Positions 58,140-64,000 of a stretch of DNA of 64,000 nucleotides are shown here, piece after piece. Under the pieces are notes generated by a model, which did not search any database, was not told the DNA's origin, and saw only the letters and a list, made by a program, of their open reading frames with translations. The stretch comes from Candidatus Fermentithermobacillaceae bacterium DTU015 (GTDB taxonomy: Bacteria > Bacillota > Sulfobacillia > Fermentithermobacillales > Fermentithermobacillaceae): assembly GCA_001513185.1 (NCBI GenBank), contig LFST01000046.1, positions 171,739-235,738 on the forward strand. Reading direction: 5' to 3'. How positions within the stretch are numbered: the first letter of the stretch is position 1; the number at the start of each line of letters is the position of its first letter. The translations under genes were made by a program, and so were the position numbers.

Positions 58140-59418
58140 CCCCGGGAAAATACCTTTCAAAGTCTTGGCCATAGCTTCGGCGCTCAGGGACAAGGGCGGC
58201 ACTCCCCTGATCGTAGGCGGCTCGGTCAGGGACGTCCTGCTCGGAAGGCCACCCTTGGACTGGGATATTGCAGTCAATATGGATCCTTATGAGGTATTGC
58301 AGGTGTTTCCAGGGGCTTGTACCGTAGGAATCGAGTACGGCAGGGTTTCAGTGGGCGATGTTGACGTAGTGTCGCTCCGGGCAGAAGAGGATTACTTGGA
58401 CAAGCGGCATCCCAGCCAGGTGACGTTTGGGGTGCCCATGGAGAAAGACTTGGAACGCCGGGACTTTACCATCAACGCCATGGCATGGGATCCTTTTACA
58501 GGCGAGATCTTCGATCCTTTCGGGGGACTTAACGACATTGAGCGGCGGACTCTGGTATGTGTAGGGGTTGCCTCAGAGCGATTTGAAGAAGACCCCTTGA
58601 GGATCCTGAGGGCAGTGAGGTTCAAGACTTGCCTGGGGTTCAACTTGGATCCCGAGCTGGTCCAGGCGATAGGAACGTGCAAGCACCTGCTGAGCCACGT
58701 GTCAGGGGAGAGGGTGTTTGCCGAACTCACCCGCATCCTGATGTCCCCGGCTGTGTATCAAGGTATAATGGATCTGTACGAATACGGTTTAAGTGCCGTG
58801 GTTTTGCCTGAACTGGATAAGGCTCCCACTCAGGCGGCGGCAGGCGTTGCCTTGTGCAGGCCTGATCTTGCTGCCAGGCTGGCGGTGCTCCTGGGGATAA
58901 CCGGAGCCGGCGTCCATGACCTTAAGCTCAGGTTTGGTCTGCCAGGAAAACTGGTTAAGGATGTAGAATGGCTCAGCCTGAATTGCGACCCTGAGATCGT
59001 TTTGGACAACCGCACCCTTCCCAAGGGCCATTTTGGGTTGTGGAAACAATCAGGAGGATACAATAACGATCCGGGGTACATTGCACGACGGATCATCTAT
59101 CATTGGGGGCGCGAGCAGCTGGAGCGCCTGGTGGAAGTAAAGCGGGCTGTGTGGCTCGGGCTAGGCAAAGGCGGGTTACCTAAGGGATACTTGTACCTGG
59201 TGTCAGGGCTCTTGTCGGTTTCAGAAGCTGATCCACAGGGTTTTATGAAGATCGCCCTTGACGGAAACCAAATCATGGAGATCTTAGGTGTGGAGCCGGG
59301 CCGGCTTGTGGGTGAAGCTCTCGAATACCTGGAAGATGTAGTCTTGCAGGATCCTGAATTAAACCAGGAACAAACTTTGACGCAAATACTACTGGAATGG
59401 TGGCGTAAACGGACTTGA
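58123..59418 (+). CDS. cca: CCA tRNA nucleotidyltransferase / poly(A) polymerase family protein
   Basis: Pol-beta NT motif GGSVRDVLLGRPPLDWDIAV...RDFTINAMA. ATG 58123 overlaps the cyclase stop. Confidence 0.8.
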   Translation: MKTYVDPGKIPFKVLAIASALRDKGGTPLIVGGSVRDVLLGRPPLDWDIAVNMDPYEVLQVFPGACTVGIEYGRVSVGDVDVVSLRAEEDYLDKRHPSQVTFGVPMEKDLERRDFTINAMAWDPFTGEIFDPFGGLNDIERRTLVCVGVASERFEEDPLRILRAVRFKTCLGFNLDPELVQAIGTCKHLLSHVSGERVFAELTRILMSPAVYQGIMDLYEYGLSAVVLPELDKAPTQAAAGVALCRPDLAARLAVLLGITGAGVHDLKLRFGLPGKLVKDVEWLSLNCDPEIVLDNRTLPKGHFGLWKQSGGYNNDPGYIARRIIYHWGREQLERLVEVKRAVWLGLGKGGLPKGYLYLVSGLLSVSEADPQGFMKIALDGNQIMEILGVEPGRLVGEALEYLEDVVLQDPELNQEQTLTQILLEWWRKRT

Positions 59419-59942
59419 AAACCAATGGAGTAACGACCCTTACCCGGATTGCAATAATGGTCGCTCTAGCCACGGCTTTGCACGTGGTAGAATCCATGAT
59501 CCCAATTCCGTATACGGTTCCAGGCGCCAAATTGGGACTTGCCAATATCGTGGCTCTGTATGCGGTTATGACCATGGGGTTTGGCGAAGCCATGGCTATA
59601 AGTTTTCTAAGGACCCTGTTGGGAAGCTTGCTATCAGGCACTTTCCTCAACGTGGCCTATTATCTGAGCACTTCAGGAGCACTGGTATCAACCGCGGTGA
59701 TGTATGCCTTCAAGAAGCTGTTTGGCGACGGTCTTTCGGTTGTAGGTATAAGCGTAGCAGGGTCTATCACCCATAACGTTACCCAGCTGCTTGTAGCAAG
59801 TTTGATTTTGCGCCAGATTGGGGTTATGTTCTACCTGCCGTATCTCCTGCTATTTGCCATACCCACAGGGATTTTTGTGGGAATACTGGCAGGGAGAATC
59901 ATTGTTTACACAGAAAATCTGTCTAAAAGGTACCGGGGCTAA
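59415..59942 (+). CDS. Gx transporter family membrane protein (heptaprenyl diphosphate synthase component I-like, PF07456)
   Basis: 5-TM, 175-aa protein. TTG start overlaps the upstream stop. Family call is from pattern recall. Confidence 0.6.
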   Translation: MKTNGVTTLTRIAIMVALATALHVVESMIPIPYTVPGAKLGLANIVALYAVMTMGFGEAMAISFLRTLLGSLLSGTFLNVAYYLSTSGALVSTAVMYAFKKLFGDGLSVVGISVAGSITHNVTQLLVASLILRQIGVMFYLPYLLLFAIPTGIFVGILAGRIIVYTENLSKRYRG

Positions 59943-60022
59943 AGGCCCATAGCCGCTTACGGATATACAGCCGAAACGGGTGTGAGATGGCTTATCGGAA
60001 ACAGCGAGGAGGTATTGGCTCG

Positions 60023-60652
60023 ATGCGAAATAAGATTCCGGACGTAGTTATCCGCAGGTTGGTGACCTACTTGAGGATCTTGAGCGATATAGACGCAGGG
60101 CCTGATGATTATATTTCTTCAGCTGAAATCGGAGACCTGGCTGCGGTAAACAGCGCCCAGGTGCGGAAGGACCTGGCGCTTTTCGGGGAGTTTGGCAAGC
60201 AAGGGGTCGGGTATCCGGTGCTGGGGCTCAAGAAGGAACTCATAGAAATCCTGGGAGCCGACAGGCAGATGAACATCGCCATTTTCGGAGTTGGCGAACT
60301 GGGTACGGCGCTTGCCAGATACCTGACTTCCAGGAAGGAATCCACCCCCAATTACAGGTTCGTGGTCAAAGGCCTGTTTGACGTTGATCCCAATAAGGTG
60401 GGTACTGAAATAGAGGGGATACCGGTCAGGCACCTCGATGAGTTGGAACAAGTGATGGCTACCGAAGACATAAAGATCGGCGTGATTGCAGTTCCGGCAC
60501 AAGCAGCCCAAGACGTGGTAAATTTCGCAATCTCCAAGGGAATCAAGGGTTTCTTGAATTTTGCCCCGGTGAGGATCAAGGTTCCGTCCGATGTGAGGAT
60601 CCAGAACAGCGACGTAACTTCCGATCTTCAGGAGCTGGGTTTTTACCTATAA
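60023..60652 (+). CDS. rex: redox-sensing transcriptional repressor Rex
   Basis: Winged-helix N-terminus (RRLVTYLRIL) and Rossmann NADH domain (AIFGVGELG). SD GAGGAGG 8 nt before ATG 60023. Confidence 0.85.
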   Translation: MRNKIPDVVIRRLVTYLRILSDIDAGPDDYISSAEIGDLAAVNSAQVRKDLALFGEFGKQGVGYPVLGLKKELIEILGADRQMNIAIFGVGELGTALARYLTSRKESTPNYRFVVKGLFDVDPNKVGTEIEGIPVRHLDELEQVMATEDIKIGVIAVPAQAAQDVVNFAISKGIKGFLNFAPVRIKVPSDVRIQNSDVTSDLQELGFYL

Positions 60653-60835
60653 AGACAGCCGGTAGGCAGAGCCATGCATGGCTTCATATAAGGCCAATTG
60701 GACTATATAGCAGGTCCAAGACAGGCCTGACAGACCTTCTCAGACCCCGCTTCCTGATGTGCCCAAAGTCTGCTTCCACCTTTATTGGCTTTATGTTATG
60801 CTATCTTTGGTTTAATGTAAGCTTTGGGCTGAGTA

Positions 60836-62449
60836 TTGGCTGGTCCAATGTGCCGGCCTGATGAATTCCTCGCGGAGGTGAGCCGGTTGTCAGATTCCAT
60901 CCAGTTTGAAGCAAAACTTAAGGAACTCAGGGAACGCCGCAGCAAGATCGAACTTGGCGGTGGCCAGAAGCGAATTGAAAGGCAGCACGAGCGCGGCAAA
61001 ATGACTGCCCGCGAACGGATAGCTGCTTTTTTCGATCCTGGCACGTTTGTTGAGACCGATGCATTTGTTACCCACAGGGCAACCGAATTTGGCATGGCAG
61101 ATGTTGAGGCACCCGGTGAAGGTGTGGTCACAGGGTACGGGCTGGTTAACGGCAGGGCCGTGTGCGTTGCAGCTCAGGACTTTACCGTGATCGGCGGTTC
61201 ACTGGGTGAAATGCACGCAGAAAAAATCTGCAAAGTCATGGACCTTGCAGCCAAAGTCGGGGTTCCTTTTGTGTCGCTAAACGATTCAGGGGGAGCCAGG
61301 ATTCAGGAAGGGGTAGACGCCCTCAAGGGTTACGGCAATATCTTTTATAGGAACGTGAAGTATTCAGGCGTAATCCCTCAGATATCAGTCATCCTTGGCC
61401 CGTGTGCAGGCGGAGCCGTGTATTCTCCCGCCCTTACTGACTTTGTGTTCATGGTCGAGGGCATTTCCAACATGTTCATCACAGGCCCCCAGGTGATAAA
61501 AGCGGTTACCGGCGAAGAAGTCTCAACTGAAGACCTGGGAGGCGCGCTTATCCACAACCAGGTAAGCGGCGTAGCCCAATTTATGGCGCCTGATGAACCC
61601 ACCTGCTTCGAAATGATACGGACCCTCTTGTCGTATCTCCCTGCTAACAACCTAGAGGATCCTCCCTTTGTGGAGACAGGTGATGAAGCCGGAAGGCTCG
61701 AACCCAAGTTGCGGGAAGTAGTGCCCGTAGATCCCACCAAGGGATATAGCATGTACGACGTAATTTACCCCATGGTAGACAATGGCGAGTTTTTCGAGGT
61801 GTCCAAGCACTTTGCAACCAACATTATCACGGGATTTGCCCGGCTAGGCGGTAGGGCAGTGGGCATTGTTGCATCCCAGCCAATGGTTAAGGCAGGATGC
61901 CTTGACATTGATGCTTCAGACAAGGCTGCCAGGTTCGTAAGGTTCTGCGATGCCTTCAACATCCCCCTTGTCACCCTGGTTGATGTACCTGGCTATCTGC
62001 CCGGCGTGGATCAGGAGTACGGCGGGATTATCAGGCACGGTGCCAAACTCTTGTACGCCTACTCAGAAGCTACTGTACCCAAGGTTACTGTGATAACGAG
62101 GAAGGCTTACGGCGGAGCTTACATAGCTATGTGTTCCAGGCACCTCGGCGCAGACATGGTATTTGCATTCCCTCATGCAGAGATTGCGGTAATGGGCCCT
62201 GAAGGTGCCGCCAATGTGGTTTTCAGGAAGGAAATCAGCGAGGCGGAAGATCCTGCAGCTAAGCGCGCCGAGAAGATCAAGGAATTCCGCGAAGTGTTTG
62301 CCAACCCGTACGTTGCTGCCGGCAGGGGTTACATCGACGACGTGATCGATCCCCAGGAGCTTCGCCCACGGGTTATAAGCGCGCTTGAGATTACCGCTAC
62401 TAAAATGGTTGAGCAATCACGCAAGAAACACGGCAATATACCGTTGTGA
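60836..62449 (+). CDS. mmdA: methylmalonyl-CoA/oxaloacetate decarboxylase carboxyltransferase alpha subunit
   Basis: Carboxyl_trans family blocks GGGQKRIERQHERGKMTARERI and two CoA-carboxylase subdomains. Likely start TTG 60887 after SD GGAGGTG. Confidence 0.9.
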   Translation: MAGPMCRPDEFLAEVSRLSDSIQFEAKLKELRERRSKIELGGGQKRIERQHERGKMTARERIAAFFDPGTFVETDAFVTHRATEFGMADVEAPGEGVVTGYGLVNGRAVCVAAQDFTVIGGSLGEMHAEKICKVMDLAAKVGVPFVSLNDSGGARIQEGVDALKGYGNIFYRNVKYSGVIPQISVILGPCAGGAVYSPALTDFVFMVEGISNMFITGPQVIKAVTGEEVSTEDLGGALIHNQVSGVAQFMAPDEPTCFEMIRTLLSYLPANNLEDPPFVETGDEAGRLEPKLREVVPVDPTKGYSMYDVIYPMVDNGEFFEVSKHFATNIITGFARLGGRAVGIVASQPMVKAGCLDIDASDKAARFVRFCDAFNIPLVTLVDVPGYLPGVDQEYGGIIRHGAKLLYAYSEATVPKVTVITRKAYGGAYIAMCSRHLGADMVFAFPHAEIAVMGPEGAANVVFRKEISEAEDPAAKRAEKIKEFREVFANPYVAAGRGYIDDVIDPQELRPRVISALEITATKMVEQSRKKHGNIPL

Positions 62450-62486
62450 TCGTAGGTCGCAGGTCACAACGTGTGGAGGGATATAG

Positions 62487-62879
62487 ATGATACCTGACAC
62501 CTTTGCAGGTGGATTGCTGCTGACTGTGGTTAACATGGCGGTCGTGTTTGCGACACTTATCGTAATTGCATTAGTAATCAACCTTATTCGCAAGTTGGTG
62601 TCAAATGGAACAAAAGACACGGCCGGTGAACATGCTGCAGTCTCAACAACTTCAGTTGCCCAGCCTGCATCACCTTCTCACCAAGCACAGCTTGCTCCAC
62701 AAGCGGTACCTTTCCAATCGCTGGATCCCAAACGTAAGGCGGTTATTGTGGCGGCTTTGCAAGCTTATCTGGGATATGAAGCAGTTCCGGTGTTTGTGCG
62801 GAGAATCCCCGATGCCGGGGCATGGGGCAAGGCTTCAAGGTTTTATGCCCTGAATAGGCAAAAGATTAAAGATCTCTAA
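62487..62879 (+). CDS. OadG-family small membrane subunit of the Na+-pumping decarboxylase
   Basis: One N-terminal TM helix (LLLTVVNMAVVFATLIVIALVI) and 130 aa, located between the carboxyltransferase and biotin-carrier genes. Confidence 0.65.
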   Translation: MIPDTFAGGLLLTVVNMAVVFATLIVIALVINLIRKLVSNGTKDTAGEHAAVSTTSVAQPASPSHQAQLAPQAVPFQSLDPKRKAVIVAALQAYLGYEAVPVFVRRIPDAGAWGKASRFYALNRQKIKDL

Positions 62880-62901
62880 TTGACATAAAGGAGGATCTAA
62901 C

Positions 62902-63330
62902 GTGCGGCGATTTAGGGTCAGAATCGATGATGAAGTATTTGAGGTTGAAGTAGAAGAGCTTGGACAGGGTCAGGGTGCACCAAGGGAACCGGTGGCAAGG
63001 GCTGCTCAAACCCCTCAATCTATTGCGGCGCCACAATCACCGGCGGTTTCGGCCAAACCTGCGGCTGCGCCAGCCCCTAAACCAGCACCAAAGCCTGCTG
63101 CAGCTCCGTCGGGGGCCGGAGCAGTTACAGCGCCTATCCCTGGAGTGGTCACCGAGATCAAAGTTGCAGCCGGGGACAGTGTGAAAAAAGGCGATCTTCT
63201 GATGTATCTTGAAGCAATGAAAATGCAGAACGAAATCCTTGCTCCTTACGACGCCACGGTAACTGAGGTAGTTGTGAGCCAGGGCGCATCAGTCCAGACA
63301 GGAGATGTGCTTGTCCGGCTAGACGGATAG
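62902..63330 (+). CDS. biotin carboxyl carrier subunit (MmdC/OadA biotinyl domain)
   Basis: Biotinylation motif EAMKMQNEI preceded by an Ala/Pro-rich linker. GTG start after SD AAGGAGGA. Confidence 0.85.
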   Translation: MRRFRVRIDDEVFEVEVEELGQGQGAPREPVARAAQTPQSIAAPQSPAVSAKPAAAPAPKPAPKPAAAPSGAGAVTAPIPGVVTEIKVAAGDSVKKGDLLMYLEAMKMQNEILAPYDATVTEVVVSQGASVQTGDVLVRLDG

Positions 63331-63362
63331 TTACTTAAGCCAGAGGTAGGTGTGATTGCAGC

Positions 63363-64000
63363 ATGAATGTAGGCACAGTTTTCCAAAGGTTGTGGCTGGA
63401 AACCGGGCTTTCACAGCTTACGTTAGGCAACGTGGTGATGCTGGGCATCGGGATACTGCTCCTATACCTTGCTATATACAAGAAATTTGAACCCCTTCTC
63501 TTGGTACCTATTGCGTTTGGAGCCATTTTGGCTAATCTGCCCCTTGCTCCAATCATGAATCCTCCTCAAGGAGATATGCCGGGTGGATTGCTGTACTACC
63601 TGAGTTTCGGGGTGGAGAAGGAAATATTCCCTCCCCTGATTTTCCTCGGGGTCGGGGCCATGACAGACTTTGGGCCGCTCTTGGCGAATCCTTGGACCAT
63701 CCTTCTGGGAGCTGCCGCCCAGATCGGCGTGTTCCTTGCAATGCTTATGGCAAAGGCCTTGGGGTTTACTCTTCCTCAAGCCGGTGCCATCGGGATTATC
63801 GGAGGCGCTGACGGGCCCACTGCGATCTACACGGCTATGAAGTTGGCGCCCGAGCTTCTGGGTCCGATTGCCGTTGCGGCATATACCTACATGTCCCTGG
63901 TGCCGCTTATCCAGCCTCCAATCATGAGGGTTTTGACTACCAAGAAAGAACGCCAAACGGTTATGAGCCAGCTTCGGGAAGTGTCCAAGACCGAGAAGAT
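63363..64000 (+). CDS. Na+-transporting decarboxylase beta subunit (OadB/MmdB), 3'-partial
   Basis: OadB blocks [26 protein letters not shown] and [13 protein letters not shown]. Runs off the window end. Confidence 0.85.
   Translation, partial: MNVGTVFQRLWLETGLSQLTLGNVVMLGIGILLLYLAIYKKFEPLLLVPIAFGAILANLPLAPIMNPPQGDMPGGLLYYLSFGVEKEIFPPLIFLGVGAMTDFGPLLANPWTILLGAAAQIGVFLAMLMAKALGFTLPQAGAIGIIGGADGPTAIYTAMKLAPELLGPIAVAAYTYMSLVPLIQPPIMRVLTTKKERQTVMSQLREVSKTEK

Noticed and set aside
60653-60835. Canonical Rex operator (TTGTGAA-N4-TTCACAA) upstream of mmdA or of rex
   Set aside because: Not present. Only an unrelated GCCATGCATGGC palindrome was seen.

Overview
64-kb chromosomal segment from a moderately high-GC, spore-forming anaerobic Firmicute (Clostridia/Peptococcaceae-like). 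Organism guess rests on the CotF-like coat protein, sporulation-type polysaccharide deacetylase, small YjcZ-like peptides, Rex, the Na+-pumping methylmalonyl-CoA decarboxylase, and the conserved recJ-apt-relA-dtd-hisS-aspS synteny. Mostly housekeeping genes. In order: cell-envelope module (Wzy/O-antigen-ligase-like, GT4 glycosyltransferase, heterodimeric ABC exporter pair, MurJ); pntAA-pntAB-pntB transhydrogenase operon; S9 peptidase; recJ-apt-relA-dtd-MBL-hisS-aspS block; ECF sigma/anti-sigma pair; polA-coaE; thioredoxin, threonine aldolase, RarA, AI-2E transporter, hbd; a small accessory/sporulation-like island (PIN/AbrB toxin-antitoxin pair, glutaredoxin, two paralogous small hydrophobic peptides, CotF-like, gdh, thiamine pyrophosphokinase, PdaA-like deacetylase, YbaB paralog with a P/A-rich protein); M19 dipeptidase; glycerate kinase-NUDIX fusion; large secreted PKD-domain protein with an orphan ABC ATPase; lgt; GGDEF cyclase; CCA enzyme; Rex; mmdADCB operon (truncated at window end). 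No rRNA, tRNA, CRISPR array or transposase/integrase was found. Most unusual: (1) pntB carries three tandem in-frame copies (~579 bp each, with diverged sequence) of the NADP(H)-binding dIII domain; (2) a ~560-nt T-depleted A/C/G-rich non-coding region between gdh and the thiamine pyrophosphokinase gene, bounded by strong hairpins, is a candidate large structured ncRNA; (3) a glycerate kinase with a C-terminal NUDIX domain carrying a canonical Nudix box; (4) two paralogous small membrane peptides with strong SD sequences that are absent from the ORF track.
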